A stretch of 64,000 nt of DNA from NCBI GenBank assembly GCA_002633005.1, contig NMRA01000885.1, positions 6,185-70,184 on the forward strand. The letters run 5' to 3'. Below are positions 1-13,936 of this stretch, piece after piece; positions within the stretch are counted from its first letter, which is position 1; every line of letters begins with the position of its first letter. The position numbers were made by a program, and so were the translations under genes. The notes beneath the pieces were generated by a model. It saw only the letters and a program-made list of their open reading frames with translations, was not told where the DNA came from and searched no databases. The DNA is from Phoronis australis. Its lineage: Eukaryota; Animalia; Phoronida.

Positions 1-395
1 CCCCCCCACACACCACACTTTTTCATATACGACTTTTCGTATGCTAAAAAGGTGTGTATAAGCAGATGTTCCACCAAAAATTTTTGCTGGTGGCGTGACT
101 CATACCCAGATGTGCACAAATATGGTTTCACGAAACTTGTGAGCCACGTTCATGCGACGAAATCGAGAAGGGTTTTAAATTATCTTAAGAAAACCTCAAC
201 AGACATGTTAAGTGCCAGAAACTTACCAGGATGCATGGAAATTTCACTATTTGACTACAAAAACAAAAAATTGTCTTACACGGATGGGGGAAACCCCCCT
301 CCCGACCTCCCCTCCTCTCGGCGCCATGCGCCTCGGATTCGACCTTTGCGGGAATATTAACCCCCCCTCTTACTGAAAACGTAGATCCGCCGCTG
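1..395. mobile_element. Right part of a GC-rich MITE-like repeat; related copy at ~33698-33902
   Basis: Poly-C/G tracts. It ends TACTGAAAACGTAGATCCGCCGCTG, and the 33.9 kb copy ends TACTGAAAACTTACATCTGCGACTG. Confidence 0.4.
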
Positions 396-560
396 AGGAG
401 TACCTTGAATGGTCATTTATAACGAAGCTGGCTGCTCTACACTGTATGTTTTCTATCTTGTCAACATTGGAGCGAGTGGAGGGATCCCCCGGCATACAGA
501 GGAGGAGTATTCGAGCCCACGAAAATAGCTCACTTGCGAGTTTCCAGTTAGTCAACATGA
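396..560 (-). mobile_element. Fragment of a CR1/L2-like LINE ORF2 C-terminus
   Basis: The peptide KIENIQCRAASFVINDHSRYSS resembles the 'LE.VQRRA.RF...DY...SS' motif downstream of the RT in this LINE group. Confidence 0.55.
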
Positions 561-1499
561 CGTCACCGGAAGTAGGGTAAGACCCGCCATATTGTCCTTG
601 TTTTGCCTCGAGTCTTTGCTACACACGCTAAATCTTACCGGAGTTCTTATGGAGAATTTCATGGTTAAAACGTCAACAAAACTTAAGAGATGGTAGATGG
701 ATCGTGGAATAACTGTGGATGGACGAAGAAAATGTGAACTTGTTATGTTGTCGAAGCTGTGAACGGACCAAACTTGGAACTGGACCCGGAAGGCCTGAAT
801 GCCGCAGGCATACAAGGGGTCGATAGCCTGATGTCTCCATCAAAGTCACTCATTTCAAAATAAAATCAAATGAAACGTGCTTATGTGCACATGGACTTAT
901 AATTAACACATACCATGACTCCGGGTACAACTTAGTCAACAAATAACTTGGCTTGAATATATCTATGAAACCTCGCTGTTCGCTCGAGTTTCTCGCATCG
1001 GTCGCCGTTTTGAGGGACTTACGTGAAATCTTGCCTGTTGACGAACAAAAAGTCCAAGGGACACAAATCCTACAAATTGATCACTTGATGTCTTCCCATG
1101 CTATTTTACAAGTGTCGACCATGATTAGCAGACGACCTACATGCCGCAAACCATAATCATACGTTCAATGACTCCTGGTTCTCTATGGATACCTTTCAGT
1201 CAAGACATCCGAGTCATCCTGGCCAAAGCCAGCTTTGCAATGGTGGATTGTTGCAATACCGGCCAGGTATTCTTAAAGACCTATGAATGTACAGCCTATA
1301 GTTACGCTTGAAAACAAGCAGGAAATGGTTCGACACAAAGCAAAGATCATTTCCAAACTGCAAAACGTTCCAAGAATTCACGGTGCGTCGACACTAGGTG
1401 TTTGTACACATTTATTACAAAAACAGATACATATGCAAATGTTATACACAACGCAACACAACAAAGTACAGAATTGCAAAAAAATTCGATTGTTACTTC

Positions 1500-4400
1500 C
1501 AAGTTTTATGCATTTAAAAAGTACTAGTTAAATTTCTATTCTGGCATTTGGTCAATTCTTTGGCTTTATTCATGTTTCAAAAACACATTTCCAATTCTCC
1601 CGTTTTTTCATTAAATATCCGTGTGCTTAAAGCACTGACCTCTACATTAAAGCACACTATCAAAAATACGACATATTAAATTAGGTTTGAGGTTAGCAAA
1701 TTTCATTTTAAAAACGAAAATTTTTGTTTGTAAAAGATCCGGTTAAAAATTCTATTTAGTTCATCTTGAAGACCAAATATTATGGCGGTTTTATCTACTT
1801 CAAAATTTTCTTGCAGTGCAGTCATTAACCAGAGACGTACCCCATGCCACAAAGAGTTAATATATTCACACTTAAAGAATAAATGTTCTAACGTATCGGG
1901 AATGTATTTACAAATTGTGCAAGCATCTAAGTCAACATATCTAATCATATCTAAAAATAATTAATAGGTAAAAGTTGGAAAAGGTGCAAAAGTTACCATT
2001 CCAATACAAAAAAGCATTCACAGATGTTATACCTTTTCAATGAACGATTCATAAATACTAGGGCCGTATTCCTCCCTATATAGTCTTGGTCCACACATTA
2101 ATTGACACCGCATCTTCGTGTCCTGAAATAGTTTCCTTGTAAACTAAAAATTTCTCCAATACCAGAAGCATTCTCTCCAAAACTAGTTACATTTATCTAA
2201 TCTAGTTAACCTTCAGTCTCCATTGCACAACATTCCATCTCTAGTAAGCCCGATATCTTTTTGCAACAAATACGTTAAAAAGAATCTACTAACCCATGAA
2301 ATTTTTAAAGAATGTTACATTTCCTGACAACTATCATCTTCAATCAACCCTCTTCTATGGATTTAATGAGTATTTCTCTTTTTATTTTATCAGGTTTACC
2401 GTCCCAATTAAACTTTAAGTTTCAATGTCGGCAAAAGTAATATCATTGGGACTCGGAAGCAACGTTAGCACAAGTGCTTTTAATACTATGACCTTTCCAA
2501 AGATAACTTTCTGCGAGACCATATGTTTATCAGATACTTCATTTCTGTTATTTTTACATCGAAGTGGTATTTGGATACATTTTAAAAGTTCACGTTGAAA
2601 TTAATACCCAGAAGCTTAAAAAACATCACTCCATTTTGGTTTCCAACGCGTGCAGTGAAACACTTCTTAAGAGTATTCTCTACTTCCAGTCCACACACCA
2701 CTTTTGTCTTAGAATAGTTTATCTTCAGCCCCGACATCCCTGCACAGAACTCTAGGTTGTTCATAAATGCTGCCAGAGATCTTGGAGGTCCGTCTAATGT
2801 GAAAGTTGTGTCATCTGCGTATTGTGTTATAACGAAGTCATCGTAGTCGATTTTAATACCTTTCACTTCAGGATCATGCTTAATCAATAAAGGCAAAATT
2901 TCAGCACACAAAAAAATATAAGAGGAGAGAGTATCACCTTGTCGACATCTGTGTTCCAGTATGAAATTGTCTGACAGAAACACATTTTGTATAACACGGG
3001 CAAATGGTTTATTATGAAAAGTTCATATATATCGAATAATATAGGACTTCGAATTGAAATTATTCAGGACTTGGAAATACCAAGACCAAGGAAACACTGT
3101 CAAAATCTTTTTCAAAATCTATCAACACGAGTAATCCACGAATGTTATATTTGTGCGTAGCCTATAATCTATAATATCATAAATTAGTCTGGTGTTCTTT
3201 CCCATAAATCTTCCTTTTATAAATCTTGTTTGGGTATTTTAAATCAGCTTGTCTGGAACTTTTTTAATTCTGCTTGCAGCACGTCCCGAAGCTAGTTTAT
3301 ATACACTTTTCATTAAAGTTATTGGTCGTCATTTCAAAAACTGTTTCCGACTGTCTAGTTTTGGAATACATGCAATAATCCCAGTACGTTGAGTTTTAGT
3401 CATTTGCCCCTTTTCAAAACTACCCTCGGTGTGCCGCAATACAAAATATTTTTGATGTCTTCCCCAAAAAGCTTCAAAAATTCCATCTTAAAGCCATCAG
3501 AGCCTGGAATGTTCTCAATGTTTTTGTATATTCTGAAACTCCGGGTAATTCATCAATATTGATTTCATTTTCTAATTGGATTGCTTCCAACTCCGAACGT
3601 ACAGGTAACTGACAGTGTACGCTATTCAACGCTTATTCACTCTCAGACCTAGTAAGAGTAAAAATTTTTATAAAAAATAATTGTCTCACATAATTTTTTT
3701 TGATCCGTGATATTTTCTCCTTCTTCTGTTTCTGTAGCATATATCAACTTACTAAAAAGGCTCCTTGATTATAAATTGCAAAATCATTTTTCGGGCGTTT
3801 TCCACTTTCAATCTAATTTGCTATTGATCGGACCTTTCAAAGTTTGTCTTCTTAATTCTTGTAAATGGGTGTAAATAGTTGTTCTTTTTAGATCATCTTC
3901 AGTCGAATTTTCTTTCCTTTCCAGCCTATTAATAGCTTCTTCTAAATTACGTTCACAATTAATTCTTTTTTCTTTTTGAGTAGTCCATAGTGGTGTTACG
4001 GATTTCCATACACATGACGTCTAAGAACAACTGGTCATTAATTACGAATTGAATTTCATTGTTAGAAATTGTATCAGTCATTTGGCAACTGTAAACTGGA
4101 ACAGCACACTGCCGTTTTACCTCAGTAATTTTTCCGTTAACCTTTTTAGTATATTCCAAATGACCCAACAGGGATTTGTTGAGTTTCCAAAGGCCTTTCA
4201 TTCCCTCTAAAGATTTTTTTTTAATTCAAGAGTACACCTGAAATGATCTGATTGGTAACTATTTATTATGCTAATTTCACACAAAAAGTGAAGCAAATTT
4301 TTTGAAAGTAAGAAAAGTCCACTCTCGCCTGCTTGATTGGATTTTTGTATAACGCTTTAAATTCGGGTAGAATTCCCGAATTGGATCTACGAGGTAGCAC

Positions 4401-6120
4401 ATTTGTGTTTGCTCATTTAATTTTTCACTGGCATTTGGATTATTGCGGTGCTTTTAGTAGTGCTTGCCTTTATATTGGTGTAAAACTAGATTGAAATCCT
4501 AACATGCAATATTTTTTTCATTACCCACCTTCTCAATTTCCGGCTTAAAACGTTTTGAAAAAGTCAGGATTGTCCTCATTTGGACCATCTAAGTTTACAA
4601 ATGTAATTATTCTTCCCACCATTGTTATATCAAGTAATATACACCTGTATAATATCTGCTTTTGTCGCTTCTCCAACCGTGTATTTGATGTTCAAAATTA
4701 TTACTCAGCAATGGTTCGAATCCTCTTAAATTGCCTTTGAATGAACTGAAAAAACAGGAAAACGCCCACGCTAACTGGAATTGATCCTCCAAAGCCCTCA
4801 CAAAATAAGTATCTTGAAGAATACTTGGTGTATGACAAAGTCTTTGGCCGGAATCTCCCAAGTCCCTGACAGTTTTCAGAAAGTATCTTATTAACTTCCA
4901 TTTTTGTTGAAAATTACTTTGTGGACTACAACTCAGTGACATTAAACATTTAACGTTTTCAACTGGATTATTTTTTCGGCACGTGCTTCCAGTAAATGTT
5001 TGCAACCTGTTTATCATAAAAACATATCCAAGAGAAGAAAAACAATATACAAACAGGAGCCCTGAATGTGAGAAGACAGTCATCCTATGCAACTAAAGCC
5101 CTGAATATTTGAATGGTTACTGTGGTTACAAATGTATACCCCATGGAATGGCAAGCTGAATGAAGAACAATAGAAGCGCTCTGAATGAACGTGGCATTTG
5201 AGCGGAAACCATTGATACAGTATAACCCTGCATCCCGTTAAATAATGCTTGGACCTCACTAAAAGCAAGACTTCGCGAGGTTTCGTGAGATATTGCCGTG
5301 TATTTCAAATGAGATCATGTGACTTTGTCTAGATTTTAGCTAGATCCTAGTGTAGGTCCTAGCGTTACTGAACGCACGCCTAATATAGTTACTGCCATGG
5401 AGCAAATATACAGCACCGGCACACAGCAAAAATTAAATCAACTTAAAGCTTGTCATTGCAAGAGATAAATAGCTAAAGAAAAGAATCCCAATATGAACTA
5501 AAACGTAAAACAGATAGCTGTGTAGAGAAACTGAAACACCAAATTAATACAAAATACATTTAAAAGTAGTAGTACCAAATTACGATGAGACAAATATTCT
5601 GCTCAAATAGATTTAATACAAAAAAAATTTAACGTAGCCTAAAATATTTACCCAATTCCGCACAATCTGACGACTAACTAAACTTAAGTAACCGCACGCC
5701 GCCAACATTAGTCATCTTACTCACACCAAATGTCGTTCCAGCGTTGATTTCAGGCGTACACAATTACTAAAACCGTCCACGAACTCGTTAACTTGTTCCA
5801 TTTTTTAATTTCCTGATAAGAATTATTCCTCTTTTTGATGAAGGTATTCCCAATTCTCACATATGCCGATTAGATGTGTCCCTGTTTCACTAATCTGCGA
5901 CATTCTGCAAAAATTCCAGCTTTTATCTTTGTGAGATTTTCATTGATAAATATTTTTCGCACCGAGGCACGTCCTTGGTCCACCTGTGTAACTGAAATTC
6001 TATTCGTTTACGATAACTGATAAACTTAGGAATGATCGGACTAGGTTTACCGCTGGCATCTTTCTTAAAAGCACCCAACCTGTGGGTGCGGTCTAATTCA
6101 GTTACGGGCTTGGCAACTTA
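1500..6120 (-). mobile_element. Decayed, near full-length L1/Tx1-clade LINE
   Basis: ORF1 remnant ELDRTHRLGAFKK..PSPIIPKFISY..KIFINENLTK (~5900-6100). APE endonuclease remnants (ILQDT; GLWKLNKSLL). RT motifs RQGDTLS and QYADDTT (2582-2983). C-terminal CTICK..DTLEHLFFKC (1703-1948). Many stops and frameshifts. Confidence 0.9.
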
Positions 6121-7257
6121 CAACAATAGGCTTACCTCAAAATCCAATTGCTGCACTGCTGCGTGGTGGTTTGGTAATTGGCCAAATTATGTTGCACACC
6201 CACAAGATTAATGAGAATCATATTATTGCAGAATTAAACACAAGTTTTAGGTTGTAAAACTCACACGTATTATCCAATTTTTGATATTTTTAAAAAATCC
6301 GATCACGTGTACGTTTTGCGAACTATTCAAATACGTTTTCTACAAACTTTAAAACGAAAAATCAGAACTACTATTTTAGACCCGAACGTGTTCAGGGTTT
6401 TTTCATTGTCTAGAAAACGGTATCATCAGCAGTGCGACTAATTAACCACAACAGCATGGTGTTTTTTATTTAAACCAGCAAATTCTGTGGTGCGCAAACC
6501 GGTCGAGTTGCTCAATCCCGATTTGATAGGGTGTCAACATAAGATTTTTTTCATAATCTGTCTGTATTCATGGGGATGAATGGATGAAAAATGTTAGGAT
6601 TTATACATTTAACATCAGTTAAAACTCCTGTGTTCAAGTTTTAAACAAATGCATTCTAACCGAGGGTAATAACGATTTTTGAACTTACTAGTTTCAAGGC
6701 CTGTACTGACAATTTCAACCTGAGGTAGGAAATTATTTACTTCGCCAACTCTTTCAGACATTGTGTTGTGTTCGGGGATAGGTATTTGTATCAAAGAAAT
6801 TTTGTCCATAATTAAGCTCTGTCGTAGTCAATAAAAGTATGTTGCTTACAGTCCCGATGTTCTACCGGCCCCTTGATTAGCTGCTATTATTCAATTGAGA
6901 GCCTTCAATCGATGATTGTATGCAGACTCTAGAATCGCAGGGTAACCCATTCCGTGTAAGCAACGCCCAAGGTGTATACACGGTTAGAATCGTCGATTAG
7001 CTACATGTAAAAACAATATGGAGGATTCCTGACTACGCCATCTCTGCATATGCAGTGCATCTAGCGGTGTCATGTTCAGAGGGGCCTGCTATTTTCCCTC
7101 CAAACTTCATTGGGAATATGCAGGTCTGTTTTGCTAATGTACTTGATAAGCCAGTACTGCGGTGACTGCTCCAAACTGTCCGAGTCTTTAAACGCACAAT
7201 TTATTAATGAGCGGAGGGAACATGGTAACAAAAACTTTCGTATTAAGACGAATTATT

Positions 7258-7740
7258 CATATGCCGGATGTTTGTGCTTGCCTCTGACGTTCCACCACTC
7301 ATTAATAATTTCAGGGCTTAATGGCTGACATTTTGGTGCATTTAATTTGCATGAAGTTGGGCCTGTTCTTCAAAAGGGTAAAAATAACTTTTATAGAAAT
7401 AATGCATTATATATACAGCTTGTTCTGCTTGTCTCTGACAGATCTTCCTCCACTCATGAATAATTTTTGCATTTAAACGGTGACATTTTGGAGCGCTTAA
7501 ATTGCATGAGCTTTGGCATATGCTTCAAAACGGTAAAAGTCATAGAAGAATGCATAATATATGCAGTGTTTGTGCTTGCCTCTTACAATTGTTCCTACAC
7601 TCATTAATGATTTCTGCGCTTAAAGTGTGACATTTTGGATCCCCTAATGTACATGAGCCTAGGCATGTTCCTCAAAACAGTAACACAAAACTTTTATAAA
7701 AATGCTTTATAGACCCCGCATGTTTGTGTTTGCCTCCAGT
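7258..7740. repeat. Diverged tandem repeat, ~150-bp period, ~3 copies
   Basis: TG(T/C)TTG(C/T)CTC recurs near 7275, 7426, 7574 and 7727, with GACATTTTGG..GCATGA between copies. Confidence 0.75.
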
Positions 7741-7899
7741 TTTTTTCGTCTCATATATTTCATGTTTGACTTGATGAAATACAGCAACACTAGAAGTGCC
7801 CACTGGTCTTTTTCATATATTTATTGTAACCAACTGGCAATTAAAATACAAACGCATTTAAACATACATAAACATTTACCAGCGTTATAGTTGTACTAA

Positions 7900-8970
7900 G
7901 TTCCATTCGTTGTGATTTTCTAACGTACCATTGATTTTACTAACAGTAAATTGTATTTCTATATTCCTATAGTTTTTCAAAACTCTAGTGACATCAGTGG
8001 CAAGCAAATTTTGTTCTGCATTCTACATTGATCAGTGAATTTTTGTTATCAAAATTACAAGATTTGTATTGTTGTTACATTCGGTATTCCCAAACAAAAT
8101 GTCAAAGTCTTTTAAAAAATCTGCCGTAAGGAAATCCTCACAAACTTTCCTCCAGAACTCTCTTACACATCTGCATTCCACATACATAGTCTCTTTATGC
8201 TCAGAGCAAAATTTGCAACAGTCATTCTCTTGAACTTTAATTAACGTTAAGAACACATTTATTATTGTAATACGGCGTACTGTTTTGTACTGTACCTTAA
8301 GTATGAATGTAACGGTCACGTTTTTCTTGAAAGTTCTACACTAATCTGTAGTAAACAAATCACATCATCAGTGTACTGACCTCAGGGGTCGTGCCAATCA
8401 AACAGAACAACGAAATAAAACAATACAACTAAAAACAGAGTCAGTCTACATTCTGACGACAGTAACGTTAAAACATACGGTAATAGATAAGTTTTGGACC
8501 AATCAAAATCATCAACAGAAGAAAAGTATAAATATCTAGCTCTCGTCTGCAGGGCACTGTCCACATGCCTATTTGGGGATTCCAAAAATTTTGGCGAATG
8601 TCTTCGGAAAGTTTTAGCACCCTGTTGGTGCGCTGACGACATGCAACAGAAGAGCAAAACTTCATAGGTAATTTTTGTTTTACGCTATTCAGACTGGGAA
8701 CAGACAGCTAACCAAATTTGAGAAACTGACTTCACAAACATGTCTGGTCTAAGAACGTACCCTTTATCCAAAAATTTCTTTTTAATGATTGTAAAGTCAG
8801 AATTAGTCCATCATCATTTAGTAAATCTCTCACCGTTCTTAATCTCTTCTTATACATGCACCTCTGTTGAATAAAGTCAAGCTTTATGTTTGCTAGTGGA
8901 ACAAAACTCGTCACAAATTTCTTCCATGCCAAGGAGATATCCAGCCAAAATCTATTACCAGTAAGAATGT
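7900..8970 (-). mobile_element. Second L1/Tx1-like 3' fragment
   Basis: C-terminal zinc-knuckle region CCKFCSEHKETM..VECRCVREFW, plus upstream NRFWLDISLAW..VRDLLNDDG. Confidence 0.7.
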
Positions 8971-9801
8971 GGATAGTTCTAAATCTCACCTTCGACATGC
9001 TCGTTCCCCACAACCCTTGAGCCCTTCGACCCTCACAACCCGTGAGCCCCTCGACCCACGACCCAAAACTCTCTCGACCAAGTCTACGACAAGCTCGACA
9101 GGATGTGAACATACAACAAGCGCTGACTTTGAAGGACCGATGATTTGGCCGTGAGCTTGGCTGGCTTTTACCTGTTTTTTGCAATTAAGAGAGTATATTC
9201 GACAACTTTGAAAGCCCAAACCGAAACAAACAACGCTAAAAACGTTTCAGATGTCGTGCTCGGCAGAACCTACATGTAATCGTCTCGTCTGCTCTTCAGT
9301 GAATGGCAAGTTCAATCTTTTTTGTAGAGAGTGCAAGGAACCGACAAAACTGTAATTTCATCAGTAAATGCAGTTTGAAGAAACAAGCTGTTATTTATAA
9401 AGTAGTTCAATGTTATATGGAGTAAATTGTAAACGAGTATACAACAGAAAACAATGAAAATGTGACTGTACAGTTATGTACGTCAACGTACTCTCTCGCT
9501 AAGTTTAGTAGAACTGGGCAATTGGTAGCCACTTGTGGAATTATTTCCGTTACAACGATAGCGCAATGCGCTATTTCAGATCGAGTTCTCTGTTCTTAAT
9601 CACTAGAACAGACTCGCGTGTAGGAAAGTTACTCAGTGACGTAATAAGATTATGCATTATGTAAAAATCGCAAAAACCTCTATTGCCACAGGTCGTTTGA
9701 AGACGGGGTCATGGGTCGTGTTGTCAAGGGGTTGTGGGTCGAGGGGGCGTGAGTCGAGGGGTGTAGGGGTCGAGGGAGTGGAAGGGTTTTTAGAACTATC
9801 C
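8971..9801. mobile_element. Non-autonomous TIR element (MITE)
   Basis: 13-bp perfect TIR: GGATAGTTCTAAA at 8971 and TTTAGAACTATCC ending at 9801. Subterminal CGACCC/GGGTCG arrays. The same right end recurs at ~49680-49782. Confidence 0.75.
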
Positions 9802-10236
9802 GACAATGAGCTTCACAGGGTTAATTTGTTGCCTCTCAATTTCGGAATTAAAAGGTTGGCAATACGTTACTGAATGTTTGCGTATCATCTTGAGGTAATA
9901 AAAAGCTGCAAGTCAAATTTGTTTTACGCTTATTGCTTCTCGGTCAAACTGGCTTTGGCTGATTTCATCAATGTGGCTGAAGGTTCTTCACCATACGATT
10001 TCTTGCGACAACACCCGCCTAATTCTCAATTTCGCATTCCACAAAACGTCTCTACATGTATAAGCAAACACCTCAGCTGGAAAAGGCATTCTTCTGTGAT
10101 TGTGCATGCACAAAACTTAAGCTATGAACTACTTTTTACTTTGTCCCGTATTTCCGGTTTTCATTAATTGCAAAATAAGCCTGACACATTGTGCATATAC
10201 TGTGGATAGCAGTAATAAAATATTGTTTTTTTTCAG

Positions 10237-10414
<178 letters not shown>

Positions 10415-13400
10415 TAATTTGTTCCTTCGAAGCCGTAGTATTAATGTTCATAATTTGTAGTTCATAAATGCTGCACTCTTGTTTGTTCATGGTGCGTTGT
10501 TCGTTTTACTCATCTGCTGATTATCCAGAAAATTGTTTGGTGGATTAGGGATGTGTCGACAGAAGTCATTTTTCAGACAGATTCGACTGACACAGCTTTC
10601 TCTGTTGTCCATTTTCAGCGAGATTTTCCATGTCTGTCGATTGTTGTCAAAACGAACACAAGCAATTATTGTTGGATCTGCTGGATGCAGTCGAATTTAG
10701 GATAAATTTGATTTCCACAGCACCAATTGATAACCGGGGTCATAAGTGGAGTTGTGTTGGACTTTATGAATGTGCGTAATGTACATGTAAATACTAGGCC
10801 TTAAAATCACATCAAAGCTCTGTGATTCTTTCAACTGCGTAAGACCACCATTTACCTTCTTTTGATTAGTTACTACACTGTCAACATCATCAAACCCCAC
10901 GGTCATGTTTGTGACGTATAGTGTGCCATGTCCACCAACGCGGAAGTTTTTTTGTTCAACATGTCGTGAACACATCCACCAAAACAAGAAACTGTAGGAA
11001 CACCGCATTTATCCACCTTCACTCTTATCAGGCTTCTATTGTGAGTCAGCATGCGTGAATAATTGGCTGATAAGCCACCTCTGGAACTACTTTTGGCTGA
11101 ATGGATGACTAGGCCATAAAATGATAATTAGCCAAGACCAGTTACTATAATGCAACAAAGAATAATGTCTTGCATCACCTAGCCTTGGTGGAAAGCTGTA
11201 TACTGTATTGGCTCAAAAAAACGCTTAGAAAAATTCATTTCACGGGGAGGGGACGCTTATTGTATTGAGCCTACGGCAGTTGAAACCCGGTTTCCCAAAC
11301 GGGTAAAATCGGAAGCTAGGATTCATCAAATTTACGCTCGGTGACGTATTTGTAGCCTATGACAGCCTTTCTACAAAATTGTGGTGCATTGCTATCAACG
11401 TCCGTTGTTAAATTACGATAATTTTTCAAGTTGGCTTTATTATTTATCATGACATATCAGTTAATGCTGCCAGCTCTTTTGTAAGCGCCAAAAGTCACTT
11501 CTTATCTTATTGATGATCAAGTTGGGACCTCTTTTATAGTTGCAAGTGGTTTAAATGAAATGCTGACTTCACGGACGGAGTGCGATTTCATAGCCTCTTT
11601 AAATTTTGGATACACATTAAAGTATATCTCGGACTTTTTTCTTAAAAGTCGACGGTTTTATCACACCAAAGTTTGTAAATTATAAAAGGCATTCAAAAAT
11701 GGCAGAAAATGTTACTGGTTACGTGATCGAACACTAGGTGGAGCGCTAGTTGTTACCTACTCCATCAACGCACTCTTCACATAGAATGACTCTTAGACTC
11801 TCAATCACGGGCTTCAAATGGTGATAAAGAACATAAGGGGAAGGAATGTAATGTGAGAATTCCCCAGCACTATCACCGTGGGGAAGAGACTGTAGGAGGA
11901 GAATCAAAGTTGCTGTGCAAGCTGGATTCAACCAAATATCGCCAAATGGACAGGAATCTAACACGGCTCTGGAACCTGGTATATGTAATGCACGATCATC
12001 GGTTGACAAGACTTGTAGTTATTATTCCAACAAGTTAATATTGCCATTTTCATGTTATTGAGCATCTACTTGCCATTACATCAACATTTTTGCCTTATTT
12101 GAAACATTGCAAGTTTTTGTATGGGCTGTAGTATGCTGATGAAGTTTTTGTATTTTGAAGTTGCCATTCATAACGCTTAATAGTCGTGAGAGACCTTCCG
12201 AAGTTGGGTCAACAGAAAACCACAGTTCAACTGTCAGTCTACACCAATGTGATAAACGAGAGTAGTTCTACTTGGTGCGTCGGCTGCAGGTATGCTTATC
12301 TCTTTTATGACAAACAATGTGTGACTGGGCAAAGCGTCTTCAAAATAATGTGGATAAATTAGTGGAGTATGAGACCCCTGAGGTCCATGTCAAGTCCTCA
12401 CGACAATTCTACGTTATGCATGATGTGTGTGGGGGGGAAGTAGGAATATAAAACATTCTGATATATTGGATATTTTCATGGGAATTTTTGAATGCTCAAA
12501 TTTGTCATTTGATTTCAGGTAAGTGTGTTTGGTACTGTTTACTGCCAAATATTCATTTTGACATGTTTTTGAGAAAGGTAAAACAGTGCCTGGGGGTCAT
12601 AATGCTCAGTGTTGTTTTGTCAGACAGGTATGGGTGCAATCATGTCAGTCTTATCGGTTATATCAAATTTTGGTGTTCTCTGTAAATGGAATGTGTGCAG
12701 TCTTCGAATTGTATTTTGGATTGTTTTTCTTAACTTTTTTATTTCTAGAGCTTTGAACAATTGACGCATTCTGAACTTCATAAATTCGTTCAGTGGGTTT
12801 GGACGAAAAAAGGTTGGCACCGCTGAAAGAGGTTGAAAACAGATTTCCCGATGCCAAGGTACTGTCATTGATCAGTCTCACAATTATGAAAGAAAGTAGA
12901 GGTAATTTACGAACATTGAGTTGGAAGAAACTGCACAAGGGCTTAGTCAAAGATGCTGTCAAATATCTGCAAATTATAACGACTATAAATATTGCTAATG
13001 GGAGGCAAATTGTAATCTGAATTTCCCAGTGATTTTGCTCATGTTAGATGGGATTAAATGCTGTTACTCGTACATTGTGACCATGGTGACTGGTATGTGT
13101 TTTCTAGTACCATCTGAACAATGTTAACTTGGTGATTGGCTCTTTTTTGCTGCACAAGACAAAAGTAAGAGGATGAAATGCCGTTCCCCTGTCAGGATGA
13201 CATCTCATTCTGTTAAGAGCAAAAATGACTGGCAGTAACTGTTGGGACAGAGAATTCAAATTACAAAGTTTAATGGCTAAGCCACCTGTAAGATAACTTT
13301 CCTTTTACAATGAATATTTTCAGTCATCCAGTTGGGTCATAGTATAAGAATCAATAAATCTATTACTGGACATACGGTACGTGGAGATGGCTACGTTGCG

Positions 13401-13611
13401 TCTTCCTTTCGAGGCCACTGAGTTGTCACGTGACTTGTCTTGTGATCTGTCGTACAGTTTCCGCGGGATTCTCTTCAGCGCTCTATCTCATGTCCTAGGT
13501 AAGTGAAACCGTAGCCCCCCTTGTCTATTGAGGCTAGGATTCTCAATTCTCTCATAGATAGCTTCTTTGACCCCTCTCCGAAACCAATTTCTTCTCTATC
13601 CAGGAACTTCA

Positions 13612-13789
13612 TGTTATGTTTCTATGCTGGTTTCGGACCAAAGATGAAGATCGATACGATTGTGACTAATACATATATATTGAGAGTACATGAAACATCA
13701 ACCGGAACAGGAAGTAGGTAACAGAGCATGCCTACTATACTAGGACACTGGTAGCGACATCTTTAGTTACTACTGACCATAACGTAACA
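13612..13789 (-). repeat. Gypsy 3' LTR
   Basis: Identical to 18191-18368 and adjacent to the PPT. Confidence 0.97.
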
Positions 13790-13936
13790 TCCCCCTTGTT
13801 GACAAAAAAACTATGAAACACTATCCTAATTTTAAAACTAGGATAACTTGTCCTAACTATAAGACAATGGGTGGACTATCATTGTCTGGACAGTCAAACG
13901 GGGATTATTCTGCCCCAACGGTTTGGCTGCTCGTAA

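Noticed and set aside
7258-7740. CRISPR-like array
   Set aside because: Whole units are homologous with no unique spacers, the context is eukaryotic, and there are no cas genes.
12793-13020. BEN-domain-like fragment LDEKRLAPLKEVENRFP
   Set aside because: A single weak motif with no supporting exons.
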